A DNA stretch of 64,000 nucleotides, from positions 7,399 through 71,398 of IMG/VR virus record IMGVR_UViG_3300042473_001546, one strand, 5' to 3'. The DNA comes from a virus (Duplodnaviria > Caudoviricetes). Shown piece by piece: positions 8,843 to 18,165 of the stretch (its first letter is position 1; every line of letters begins with the position of its first letter). The position numbers and the translations under genes were made by a program. The notes under the pieces were generated by a model. It was not told where the DNA came from. It saw only the letters and a program-made list of their open reading frames with translations, and ran no database searches.

Positions 8843-9289
8843 ATGGAACCTCACACGACGCAAACGCTTTTGCCGCGTGATCATAAGATTCTCAAGACTC
8901 TGCTGCACATGGCACAGGATGTAGCGCCTGTAGCCAACGCTAGGCTGGCTGCTGCTATTGCAGTTCGGGGAGACATTGTCAGTTTTGGTAACAACAGCCT
9001 TCGTTCGCATCCTTTTGCTAATAAATTTGGCAAGAACGAGCACAGCCAATTCTGGCATGCGGAAACTCATGCCATCTTCAACGCCTTGAAGCGTCACAAT
9101 GTAGATATCCTAGAGCGTGCCACATTGTATGTGGTGCGTGTTAAGCGGCCCCACGAAACCAGCAAGGAGTGGATTGTGGGCACAAGCAAGCCTTGCAAAG
9201 GCTGCCGCCGTTGCATTATGGAGTTTGGTATTCCGCGGGTAGTCTATGGGACAGAAAGTGAGTTTGTTTGTGAAGGGGTTGATCTCTAA
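8843..9289 (+). CDS. Zn-dependent cytidine/dCMP deaminase family protein
   Basis: HAE...PCKGC...GI.RVVY. Confidence 0.85.
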   Translation: MEPHTTQTLLPRDHKILKTLLHMAQDVAPVANARLAAAIAVRGDIVSFGNNSLRSHPFANKFGKNEHSQFWHAETHAIFNALKRHNVDILERATLYVVRVKRPHETSKEWIVGTSKPCKGCRRCIMEFGIPRVVYGTESEFVCEGVDL

Positions 9290-9338
9290 GCCACTGCATA
9301 AATAATCCTACAAAGCAAGAGATTTTTGAGGATTGAGT

Positions 9339-10481
9339 ATGCCAACACCTTCATTTCAGCCCACCTATTACAGAATTACATGGACTGGTAATGCACCCAC
9401 AGACTACAATGCCCTTACAGGAACGCAAGCTGGTGGTGTTGACAACACCAAACCTGAGGCCTACAATCGCAGAGTGAGTGTTACTGGTACTATATCGACT
9501 CCAACTGTGACACCTGGCCATAGCATTTTCTTAAATGGCATCGAAATTGTGTTCACCGGCGCCGGTGACCTTGCCGCTGTAATCAGTGACATCAATAGTA
9601 GCCAACGCCTCACAGGCGTTTGTGCTCATTCAGGCACAGTAACAAATTACCTCACAGTCACTAACTCTCCAGGGTATGAGGGGTCGAGCATTACTATTGC
9701 CAGTGGCACTGGAACAGCACGGACTGATTTGGGATTACCTGCCATAACCTATCAAGGTTATGAGATTCAAGTAAGCACTGCAACAGCTTTTCCTGTGTTG
9801 AATGGCGACAACATCAAAATAAACGGTGTCACAGTAACCTTTGCTACTGGTGCCTTAAATCAAGCTGGTGTTATCAACACCATCAACAGCTTGAGCTATG
9901 CCACTAACGTGAGCGCTTTGGCTTGTGGTGATAAGATTCAGTTAGCCTCAGTAAATGGTCAACCATTTGCATTATTGGATGGTTCAGTTGCTGGCAGCCT
10001 TGCCAAGTTGGGCTACGTTGCAGGCAACTATGGCGGCTATCCCACCACTTATGCCTTGAGCTTGGCTAAAGAGCGTGCCAACATGCGCTGGGAACAGATC
10101 GTAAACAACCTAGGCTTGCTGATCAGCCCTATATTTTTGGATGATGTGATCAAAACCGGCAATTTCACAGGCGAAGCACCTGTAACAACTATGGCGTGGA
10201 CTGTGGGTTATGATCGTCCCAGCCACTTGTACTACGAAGACAGCACTAGCCTTGGCAGCTATCTCACTGGCGTCAATGCCTTAAAGAGATTAGTAGCAGA
10301 GGCATTGATTGTGGACTTGCAGGGCAACCAAGAGGTGTTTGATCCCACAATCCAAGGCTATGGCAATTCCTGTGCAAGACCCAATCCTTTGGAAATCTTG
10401 CGTGTAACAGCAGCGGCTCTTGACACTGTGGTTACTGATGTTGAAGACAACATCACTGTTTCAATTATCAACAACGTTTGA
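9339..10481 (+). CDS. Probable virion structural protein
   Basis: Thr/Gly/Asn-rich; two internal I.INGV.I.F repeats; TAAATA upstream. Confidence 0.6.
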   Translation: MPTPSFQPTYYRITWTGNAPTDYNALTGTQAGGVDNTKPEAYNRRVSVTGTISTPTVTPGHSIFLNGIEIVFTGAGDLAAVISDINSSQRLTGVCAHSGTVTNYLTVTNSPGYEGSSITIASGTGTARTDLGLPAITYQGYEIQVSTATAFPVLNGDNIKINGVTVTFATGALNQAGVINTINSLSYATNVSALACGDKIQLASVNGQPFALLDGSVAGSLAKLGYVAGNYGGYPTTYALSLAKERANMRWEQIVNNLGLLISPIFLDDVIKTGNFTGEAPVTTMAWTVGYDRPSHLYYEDSTSLGSYLTGVNALKRLVAEALIVDLQGNQEVFDPTIQGYGNSCARPNPLEILRVTAAALDTVVTDVEDNITVSIINNV

Positions 10482-10551
10482 TGTTGACTTACAGCGGAGA
10501 TTGATTATAGTTTGGAATGTTATTGAGTAAAAACAAGGGCTGGATTGACAG

Positions 10552-10983
10552 ATGACTTTTGACAACGGTCAAATGACTTTGATACATCTTGTAAGCTTTC
10601 CGTCCTTGTGGTTACCACCTCCCAAGACTATAAAAGCATTGATAGTTGGCCTCGAGCAACAAGCTATGGAAGAGCTTGTTGCTCATTGCCAAAATGATTT
10701 TGCTGATTACAGTTTTGCCTTTTACTATTTGTCCAGCATGGACTTAAGTCAAACAGATATGATTGACTGGCTTATTATCAATCAAAACCATATGGATGGT
10801 TCCTTCATACAAGTAAGCGACTGGTCAACACTGTCCTTGGCGTTATCAGGCAAAGGTTTGGTCAGAATTGGCCAAGAACAAGCAAGTGCAGAAATACAAA
10901 AATTGGCAGAATATGCAGGCCAAAAATGTGCATCCTTAAACACATTTATCCTTGAATTAACAACATATAGTAGGAAGGTATGA
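10552..10983 (+). CDS. Hypothetical protein
   Basis: ORF overlapping clpX start (ATGA). Confidence 0.55.
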   Translation: MTFDNGQMTLIHLVSFPSLWLPPPKTIKALIVGLEQQAMEELVAHCQNDFADYSFAFYYLSSMDLSQTDMIDWLIINQNHMDGSFIQVSDWSTLSLALSGKGLVRIGQEQASAEIQKLAEYAGQKCASLNTFILELTTYSRKV

Positions 10984-12230
10984 CCACAAACATCAAAGCT
11001 CTACATTATTGTAGTTTTTGTGGAAAAAACCAAACTCAAGTAAAAACACTCATTGCAGGTAGTAATACATTTATTTGCAGTGAATGTATTACCTTGTGTA
11101 TGGAAATTATCAAACCACAAGACGAACAAAATGTACACATCATTCCCAAAGAATTAACGCCTCCCAAAATTGTTGAGTATTTGGATCAACATGTGATTGG
11201 GCAAAAAAATGCCAAAAAGTCATTGGCTGTGGCAATTTACAACCACTTGAAGCGTGTCAACAATCCAGTTGTGGATGGTGTCAGTATTGACAAAAGCAAC
11301 ATTATGATGATTGGCAACAGTGGTGTTGGCAAAACTCATATGGTCAAAACCCTAGCCAAAATCCTGGAAGTGCCATTTGCTGTGGTTGATGCCACCAGCC
11401 TAAGCCAAACAGGATATGTGGGATTAGACCCAGAGGAGTGCCTTGCACGTCTATACCAGGCTGCTGAGAACAATATGGAATTGGCAGAAAAAGGCATTGT
11501 TTTCATTGATGAAATTGACAAGATAGGGCGCAAAGGAGAGAACGTAAGCACTACTAGAGATGTCAGTGGCGAAGGTGTCCAACAAGCTCTTTTGAAAATT
11601 ATTGAAGGCAGCGATGTGAAATTCAGTCCCATGGGCGGCCGCAAGAACCCCAACGGTGAGTTTGTTACTATGAACACACAGAATGTGTTGTTTATCGTTG
11701 GTGGTGCATTTGAAGGACTTGACAAAATCATTGAGGCACGTTTGGATGAAAAAACCAGTGGTATTGGATTTTTAAGTGCTACTAAAGAACAGCACAGCCC
11801 AGATAAGACCCAGCGTTTGATGAGTCAAGTAACAACGGAAGATCTCATATCATTTGGTATGATTCCTGAACTTTGTGGGCGCATACCTGTTATCTTGAGT
11901 TTTGACGATCTTGATCATGATACATTGAAAAAGATTTTAGTGGAACCAAAAAACAGCATTGTTAAACAATTTCAAAAACTGTTCCAACTAGATGGCATCA
12001 GTTTGGAATTTGAAGATGATGCAGTGGATGAAGTTGCCAAGCAGGTGCTGACCAAAAAAACTGGCGCCCGAGGGTTGCGTGCTGTAATTGAACGGGTGTT
12101 GATGGAAAGCCAATTTCAAATCACCTCCTTGCGCGATCAAGGAGTCACTGACTTAACAGTCACGCTGGATAATGTTCAAAACCTCACTCCCTTGAAACAA
12201 GTGTTGACTGATGAACACTCCCAGCTATAA
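10980..12230 (+). CDS. clpX: ClpX ATPase
   Basis: CSFCGK..ICSEC zinc finger, GNSGVGKT, FIDEIDKI, RDVSGEGVQQALLK, IGF loop, GARGLR. Confidence 0.97.
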   Translation: MTTNIKALHYCSFCGKNQTQVKTLIAGSNTFICSECITLCMEIIKPQDEQNVHIIPKELTPPKIVEYLDQHVIGQKNAKKSLAVAIYNHLKRVNNPVVDGVSIDKSNIMMIGNSGVGKTHMVKTLAKILEVPFAVVDATSLSQTGYVGLDPEECLARLYQAAENNMELAEKGIVFIDEIDKIGRKGENVSTTRDVSGEGVQQALLKIIEGSDVKFSPMGGRKNPNGEFVTMNTQNVLFIVGGAFEGLDKIIEARLDEKTSGIGFLSATKEQHSPDKTQRLMSQVTTEDLISFGMIPELCGRIPVILSFDDLDHDTLKKILVEPKNSIVKQFQKLFQLDGISLEFEDDAVDEVAKQVLTKKTGARGLRAVIERVLMESQFQITSLRDQGVTDLTVTLDNVQNLTPLKQVLTDEHSQL

Positions 12231-12825
12231 TCAGCGAGTAAACAGAAAGGACCGAGACAACTCTATGAAAGAACCTGCCATGCTGGCCAACGACCGCATC
12301 CGTGCGCCTGAGGTAAGGCTGATCGACGCTGAAGGAACAAATGTTGGTGTTGTGAAAACCAAAGATGCGTTGTTTCAAGCACAGCGAGCTGGACTTGATC
12401 TGGTGGTAATCAATCAACAATCTACACCAATGGTGGTGAAGATTTTGGACCTAAACAAGCATCTCTATGCACTGAAACTTGCTGCCAAAGAGCGTGCTAA
12501 AAAGAGTCGCGAAAGCGAGGTTCAAATGAAAGAAATTCAACTTCGCCCTGTGACTGATAGTCACGATATCAATGTCAAAGCCACTAAGGCACGTGATTTT
12601 CTAGCAGACAATTGCCGAGTCAAAGTTGTTATCAAGTTCCGTGGCAGAGAAATGAGTTTCACAAAACTGGGGTTTGGGGTAATTGATCAGTTTGTAAGCC
12701 TTGTGGGCAATTTCAAATATGAAAAAGAACCCAGCATGCAAGGTAATAGCATTACTGCTATCTTGGTTGCCAACAAACAGATACCAGCATCAACACCAGC
12801 ACCAAAAGACGCAACAACCCCTTAA
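12211..12825 (+). CDS. infC: Translation initiation factor IF-3
   Basis: NDRIRAPEVRLID..G, KEIQLRP..D.HD..K, KV.IKFRGRE. Confidence 0.95.
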   Translation: MNTPSYNQRVNRKDRDNSMKEPAMLANDRIRAPEVRLIDAEGTNVGVVKTKDALFQAQRAGLDLVVINQQSTPMVVKILDLNKHLYALKLAAKERAKKSRESEVQMKEIQLRPVTDSHDINVKATKARDFLADNCRVKVVIKFRGREMSFTKLGFGVIDQFVSLVGNFKYEKEPSMQGNSITAILVANKQIPASTPAPKDATTP

Positions 12826-12832
12826 ATAGGGC

Positions 12833-13528
12833 ATGCGTATCCAAGATTTAACCAATACAAAGTTACTGCCTCGCCCAGATGAATTGGGCGAGGCATATTT
12901 TTACATTGACAGTCAGCTTGTTGATGTGGGCAGCTTTCGCAATCATCGAGATTGGCTTGTTGCGCACAGCGGCCAACTGCGCTTACCTGATTACGTAAAA
13001 GAAAAACCTTCCAAAGCCCTTTGGGAAGGATATCGCACGGGCATTATACGTTTGGTTTGGGACAAAGGTGGCAAATGGAAAACTGGCCAAGGTCACAAAC
13101 AAGGCAATGTGCTGTATGTCAATGGCTTTGATCGTGATGTGTGGAAAAATATTCAAAAGATAATGAATGAACCCTGCTGGCAAGGTCATATAGACACAGT
13201 GGTAATTGAGTATGTGAGAGAAGTGAACGGCAAGCCCAATTGGTACCACACTGACATATTCAAAGGTGGTGCGCTGGAGAGTTTGTACAAAGGCCGCCGC
13301 CCACGCAGAGAACGCCTCCCTCCTGATGCTATATATGGTGGTCATGAAGGTTATTACGAAAGCGTAGCTAAGAATCGTCTCGTTAACCACTGGAACGACA
13401 CATTGGAAACTCCTGTAATGGAAATGTTCAATCAGCATTTTGTTTCCACGGAATTTTTTGACATGCTAAAACATGTGCCACATAATAAATGGGTGTTGCA
13501 GTCACACAATTACGCTGTCTACACATAA
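12833..13528 (+). CDS. Hypothetical protein with MRIxD/E N-terminal motif
   Basis: MRIQDL; ATG 4 nt after TAAATA. Confidence 0.7.
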   Translation: MRIQDLTNTKLLPRPDELGEAYFYIDSQLVDVGSFRNHRDWLVAHSGQLRLPDYVKEKPSKALWEGYRTGIIRLVWDKGGKWKTGQGHKQGNVLYVNGFDRDVWKNIQKIMNEPCWQGHIDTVVIEYVREVNGKPNWYHTDIFKGGALESLYKGRRPRRERLPPDAIYGGHEGYYESVAKNRLVNHWNDTLETPVMEMFNQHFVSTEFFDMLKHVPHNKWVLQSHNYAVYT

Positions 13529-13544
13529 TACACTGTGAGGAAGT

Positions 13545-13769
13545 ATGGACGATTTCCATCTGAATAAAAAAGGCATGACAGTGCGGGTTAACAATAACCA
13601 CATTGAAAGTGCCATCAGCCAACTCAAGCGACGGATGAATCAAGAAGGCGTAACAAAGGAGCTGCGCAGGCGCAGATACTATGAGAAGCCAACTACTCGT
13701 CGTCGTCGTGAGAAAGCCGAAGCAAAAATTCGGTGGCTACGTAAGAAAGCAACTCTTGACCCTTGGTGA
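13545..13769 (+). CDS. rpsU: Ribosomal protein bS21
   Basis: VRVNNNHIESAI..LKR....EG..KELRRRRYYEKPT..RRR. Confidence 0.92.
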   Translation: MDDFHLNKKGMTVRVNNNHIESAISQLKRRMNQEGVTKELRRRRYYEKPTTRRRREKAEAKIRWLRKKATLDPW

Positions 13770-13853
13770 CGGACCTGTTTGTTCTCTGCCGGATAATCTC
13801 AAAAAGGAGGCGATAATCTCAATTGCGGAGAACACAAGAGAAAGCTTAAGGCA

Positions 13854-13886
13854 AAATAGGGCTCTTTTTGAGCCCTATTTTTTTCT
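13854..13886 (+). terminator. Intrinsic terminator
   Basis: AAAATAGGGCTC-TTTTT-GAGCCCTATTTT followed by T run. Confidence 0.7.
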
Positions 13887-13995
13887 TTGGTTGACAAAAA
13901 TTCAACTGTTGACTATAAATAATGTGCTGAGATAGTTCAGCAGAAGTGCCTGATTAGGGCTTCAACATAAACTTCGCTTTTATAGGAGGTCAAAT

Positions 13996-14466
13996 ATGCG
14001 TAATACTCTTTCTCTTCAATCAACAAGTTTTGAAGACATGATTCGCGATTTCAATCGCATTGCAGTGGGGTTTGAGCCCACACTGCGCAATCTCAATTCA
14101 CTACGCCAAAACAGTGCAACTACTTTTCCTCCGTATGACTTGGAAAAGATTGGTGAGCATGAATATCGACTCAGCATGGCTGTTGCTGGTTACAGTGCCG
14201 CCGACATTGACATTGTTGAGCACGACGGTGTGCTGACAGTTGAAGGCAAAGTGTCAAATGACGCCAACCGGGTGTATCTACACAAGGGGATTGCAGGACG
14301 CAGCTTCAAGCGTGTGTTTTACATGGACCAGTATGTTCGTGTGCAACATTCTACACTTGAGAATGGAATCCTTGTGATTGACTTTGTTCAAGATGTGCCA
14401 GAGGCACTCAAGCCCAAAAAGATTACAATCAATTCAACACAGCCCAAGGCTATTGAATCAGAATAA
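13996..14466 (+). CDS. ibpA: Small heat-shock protein Hsp20
   Basis: FPPYD.EK....YR..MAVAGY, YLHKGIA.RSF.R.F, LENGIL.I, PEALKPKKI.I. Confidence 0.92.
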   Translation: MRNTLSLQSTSFEDMIRDFNRIAVGFEPTLRNLNSLRQNSATTFPPYDLEKIGEHEYRLSMAVAGYSAADIDIVEHDGVLTVEGKVSNDANRVYLHKGIAGRSFKRVFYMDQYVRVQHSTLENGILVIDFVQDVPEALKPKKITINSTQPKAIESE

Positions 14467-15006
14467 TTATTTTGGTGGCAGTGCGCTAGACATGGGAACC
14501 AACCCATGTCTAGCATCATCTTCATAATAACCAAAGCCAGCTGCAACGCCTTTCAACTGCCTTTTAAGCAAAGAATCTTGTCCACTTGAGTCTTCACTAT
14601 CTGATTCAAATGACTTCTCTACCCAAATGGGACTATTTTGATCTTTGATGCGCTTTTGAAGTTCAGTAGCATCTCTCTGGCCGCTTTCAGAATAGGCTTT
14701 GGAATACAGCCGAGGCACCAACAGGTTCCCAGATTGCTCTATTATAACATAATATATTGCACCAAGGTCTTGTTTGCTGGGATTGGGTTCACGAGACATT
14801 GTGTGAGCCAAAAGAAATTTGTTTGGTAACGGTGCCGTGTGGGCATAACCTTGCGTAATAAACCAAATTACATTTGCACTGATACCCACAGCTAGTGAAC
14901 TTACAATCAAGAGAGCTTTCACACTCCAATGCCAGTGGCTCCAGATCAAACTCACAGCTAACAAGAGGAAAATACTGGTCAAGAGAATCAAAAACAGTGT
15001 GCCCAT
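14467..15006 (-). CDS. Membrane protein (third gene of MotA-like module)
   Basis: 2 N-terminal TMs, PRLY motif, ends LPPK. Confidence 0.65.
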   Translation of the reverse strand: MGTLFLILLTSIFLLLAVSLIWSHWHWSVKALLIVSSLAVGISANVIWFITQGYAHTAPLPNKFLLAHTMSREPNPSKQDLGAIYYVIIEQSGNLLVPRLYSKAYSESGQRDATELQKRIKDQNSPIWVEKSFESDSEDSSGQDSLLKRQLKGVAAGFGYYEDDARHGLVPMSSALPPK

Positions 15007-15011
15007 AGTTC

Positions 15012-15665
15012 TTACCTTGGTGGTGCTGGTGGAATGCCTGGAGGCGTGTTCAAGCTGGGTGTCACAAGCTTGACGTCTCTTGTTGTGTCAAAACCTGACA
15101 GCCACTTGGCAGATGAGATATCAAAACGCACCACATGAGCCTCTTGCGCTATGCGATGTAAGGTAACAACTCGTTCAAACGCTGTGTGGACTTTGGGGTT
15201 CAATAAAATAACTTCCAGCTTGACTTCAACAGGTGTGGGTGTGCGAGCATTATAATAATGCACATTTACTATCCACTCTCCCGGCACTGGTGTGCGAAAG
15301 GCCACAACTTCTCTGTTGTTGACTACAACCACACGTTCATTGTTGATCATGCTCCAATCACTTGCTACGCCTCGTGCATCACGCTCTAGATTGGCAAAAC
15401 ACGCTTCTTTACGCACGTAATTTAACTGGTCACCGTTGGGGCAGCGAACATGCACGTCTATATCAGCGTCTGTGCTATTTGACCAAGTAACCACCAACAT
15501 GGCAAAAACAGGAGGGGTGTATCCTTCTGTTTCATACTTTTTGTTTGAATCAACACTCATTAGCATGAGTCCCAAGAAGGCCAGCACTAACAAAGCTTTC
15601 AACATAGTCAAAGCAAAGTTTGCCAGGATAGTGGCCCCACTGTTGCTTTGTGTGGGAAATTTCAC
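15012..15665 (-). CDS. Single-TM protein with YfaP-like (W..DADID.HV..P.G) domain
   Basis: N-terminal TM; VTWSNSTDADIDVHVRCPNG; GEWIVNVHYY. Confidence 0.65.
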   Translation of the reverse strand: MKFPTQSNSGATILANFALTMLKALLVLAFLGLMLMSVDSNKKYETEGYTPPVFAMLVVTWSNSTDADIDVHVRCPNGDQLNYVRKEACFANLERDARGVASDWSMINNERVVVVNNREVVAFRTPVPGEWIVNVHYYNARTPTPVEVKLEVILLNPKVHTAFERVVTLHRIAQEAHVVRFDISSAKWLSGFDTTRDVKLVTPSLNTPPGIPPAPPR

Positions 15666-16201
15666 CTCACTTGGCCTTGATTTTTCAAGAAGTCAATCAC
15701 AGCGTTTTGATGCAAGCGGCTGTGAAAGTCTAGGAAAATTTTCACTAAGATACTGATGGCTGTGGGGAAAAATGCAATGGCGATACCAGAAAACATTTTC
15801 AACAAGTGTGGTTGGATGGTGTTGATATCAAAACTTGTCAAGCCAAAAAATGGCATCAGCGCCAAGATAACTCCAATCACGGTACCAAAAATACCAGCTG
15901 CCACAACTATTTCGCTCATGAAACTTACAAAGCTGTGCTTGTTCCAGAGGGTGTCAGGATCAATTTGTGATATAAGCCCACCATTTTTGAGTTCAGTAAT
16001 CTTTCGACTCAACCCAATAAGTTGAATTCCACCAGCAATTTCTGTGAACAGCCAAATACCAAAAATAGCTGTGCTCAAAAATGTGAGATCATAATTCCAA
16101 ATCAAGCCAAATAATCCAGTGCTGGCTGCTGTCAACACTGTTCCAGCCAATACCACAAGGTAGGCTAACCAAAATAATGCGTGTTTGTGTGCCTCTATCA
16201 T
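15662..16201 (-). CDS. MotA/TolQ/ExbB-like membrane protein
   Basis: GIFGTVIGVILAL and GIAIAFFPTA helices. Confidence 0.7.
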   Translation of the reverse strand: MIEAHKHALFWLAYLVVLAGTVLTAASTGLFGLIWNYDLTFLSTAIFGIWLFTEIAGGIQLIGLSRKITELKNGGLISQIDPDTLWNKHSFVSFMSEIVVAAGIFGTVIGVILALMPFFGLTSFDINTIQPHLLKMFSGIAIAFFPTAISILVKIFLDFHSRLHQNAVIDFLKNQGQVR

Positions 16202-16266
16202 AATAGCTTATTTAACATACCAAAATCTCATAATAAGCTTGTATAAGGATATACAAGGGTAGGGTA

Positions 16267-16854
16267 ATGAAAAAAATAGTATTTGTGGGCGGGCCCGGGA
16301 GTGGAAAAAGCACTATTTCAGCAGAAGTTTTTGTAGAGCTGAAAAAGCGTGGGGCCAATGTTGAACTTGTTACAGAGTGGATTCGGCAAGATCTTTGGAT
16401 CAACGGACCAATGACTACAATTTGGGAACAGTTTCGCACCTACGCCAAGCAGCGAGAAATTGAAGACAGTGTTCCCACAACTGTAGATTGGGTTGTTACA
16501 GACAGCGGAACACTGACTCCCTACTTTTACGCTATTGAATACTGCGATCAAAAGGATCCCAGACAAAGGTTGGTGCTGCATGAGATGTACAATCGATTGG
16601 TTACTGACATTTTTACCAACCGATACACTCATATTTTTTACTTGCCCACAACAGAAACATACAAACGCAACAGCAATATCTTAAGTGACGGCACTAGGTT
16701 CCAAACTCTGGAACAAGCTAACAAACTGGATCAAAACATGCGAAGCACTTTTTGTGAGATGATCAAAAATGATTCAGTCTACACTGTAGATGTGCCTCTT
16801 GAAGAGAGAAGCCAGTTTGTTCTTGACAAACTGGGATTTGGCACACAAAAATAG
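16267..16854 (+). CDS. P-loop NadR/AAA_28-like kinase
   Basis: GGPGSGKST, VVTDS, DGTRFQ. Confidence 0.75.
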   Translation: MKKIVFVGGPGSGKSTISAEVFVELKKRGANVELVTEWIRQDLWINGPMTTIWEQFRTYAKQREIEDSVPTTVDWVVTDSGTLTPYFYAIEYCDQKDPRQRLVLHEMYNRLVTDIFTNRYTHIFYLPTTETYKRNSNILSDGTRFQTLEQANKLDQNMRSTFCEMIKNDSVYTVDVPLEERSQFVLDKLGFGTQK

Positions 16855-16875
16855 TCTTATCCAAGGAATATTTTT

Positions 16876-17202
16876 ATGAGTGCAACTCAAACTGAAATTG
16901 ATACCAAAACAACAACCAAAACCGAACTAAAGCCTCCCAGTCTCTATGATGTTATTTTTTTCAATGACAGCAAAACTCATTATGAGTTTGTTGTTTTGAT
17001 TTTGATGCATATCTTTGGCAAGAGTTATGAAACTGCTATGGAGCTAACCAACCAAATCCATGATAAGGGCAGAGAAGTAGTAGCCACATATTCATACGAA
17101 ATTGCCTCCACCAAAAGAGACGAAACCATATCTACTGCACGAACAAATGGCCATCCATTGCGTGTGGAAATTGAACCCAACAGCAATGGAGACGACATTT
17201 GA
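16876..17202 (+). CDS. clpS: ClpS N-degron adaptor
   Basis: PP.LY.VIFFNDSKTHYEFVV..L..IF, IH.KG, YEIA, HPLRV.IE. Confidence 0.92.
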   Translation: MSATQTEIDTKTTTKTELKPPSLYDVIFFNDSKTHYEFVVLILMHIFGKSYETAMELTNQIHDKGREVVATYSYEIASTKRDETISTARTNGHPLRVEIEPNSNGDDI

Positions 17203-17732
17203 CCAACTTTAACTATTTCAAAACACAAGATATGGCTTTGGCTCCTCAATACAGCACCGAACAAGCCAGTTGTTTTGATCTATGTGCTTGTCTCGTTCCT
17301 GAATCCAGCATAACTGGTTTCAATAGGTTCAATGAGAAAATTTGGAGCGAAAGCGTTGTCAGCAGTAGTGGGTCAATCACCTTGTATCCGCAAGACCGGA
17401 TGTTGATCCCAACTGGATTAGTGTTCAATATTCCAGATGGTTACAGCATCCGCATTCATCCACGCAGCGGCATTAGCTTCAAAAATGGCATACAATTGGC
17501 CAACTGTGAAGGTGTAATTGACAGCGACTACTATCACGAGACGTTTGTTGCACTTGTTAACATAAGTGACGTGCCTTTTACTATCAAACACGGTGATAGA
17601 ATTGCACAAGCTGAACTAGTGCAGGATCTTGGAGCCAAGTTTTCAGAAACAACAGAACGTCCAGAAATGCGAACCAATAGACAGGGTGGATTTGGTAGCA
17701 CTGGAATTGAAACAGTGGAGAAAAAGCAATGA
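17199..17732 (+). CDS. dut: dUTPase
   Basis: FDL, IPTGL, PRSG, GVIDSDY, GDRIAQ, RQGGFGSTG. Confidence 0.95.
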   Translation: MTNFNYFKTQDMALAPQYSTEQASCFDLCACLVPESSITGFNRFNEKIWSESVVSSSGSITLYPQDRMLIPTGLVFNIPDGYSIRIHPRSGISFKNGIQLANCEGVIDSDYYHETFVALVNISDVPFTIKHGDRIAQAELVQDLGAKFSETTERPEMRTNRQGGFGSTGIETVEKKQ

Positions 17733-18109
17733 CTGAAATCCCCTATGCTGAAAGCATCTTAAACAATCGTAAAACCAATCAATGGTTTGTTCAGTTTTTC
17801 AAAGATCAAGATGGCTTACGAAATCAAGCAGTGTTTGATGCTCACACAGATTGGTTCAATGCCAACTTACTGAGTTGCCGTATGGTCACAAGTGTTGGAG
17901 CCCCTACTGAAAACACAGGATTTTATCATGTGAATTTTGTAAATCAAGATGATCCCAGATTAGCACTCTATCAGCAGGCATTTGAAAACGACGATGGCAG
18001 CAGCAAGCATCCTGAATCATATCAACTGTATGAGTGGGATTACAACAATTGGGTTGAGCGGGGTGGTCCCCTTGAATTCGCTGAGTTTGAAAAAAACAAA
18101 ACTCGTTGA
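17729..18109 (+). CDS. Hypothetical protein
   Basis: ATGA overlap with dut. Confidence 0.65.
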   Translation: MTEIPYAESILNNRKTNQWFVQFFKDQDGLRNQAVFDAHTDWFNANLLSCRMVTSVGAPTENTGFYHVNFVNQDDPRLALYQQAFENDDGSSKHPESYQLYEWDYNNWVERGGPLEFAEFEKNKTR

Positions 18110-18165
18110 CGTAAGGTTTGTTGGCGCTTACAACCTAGTGAGCGCAACAAAGCAAGGACACGTTT

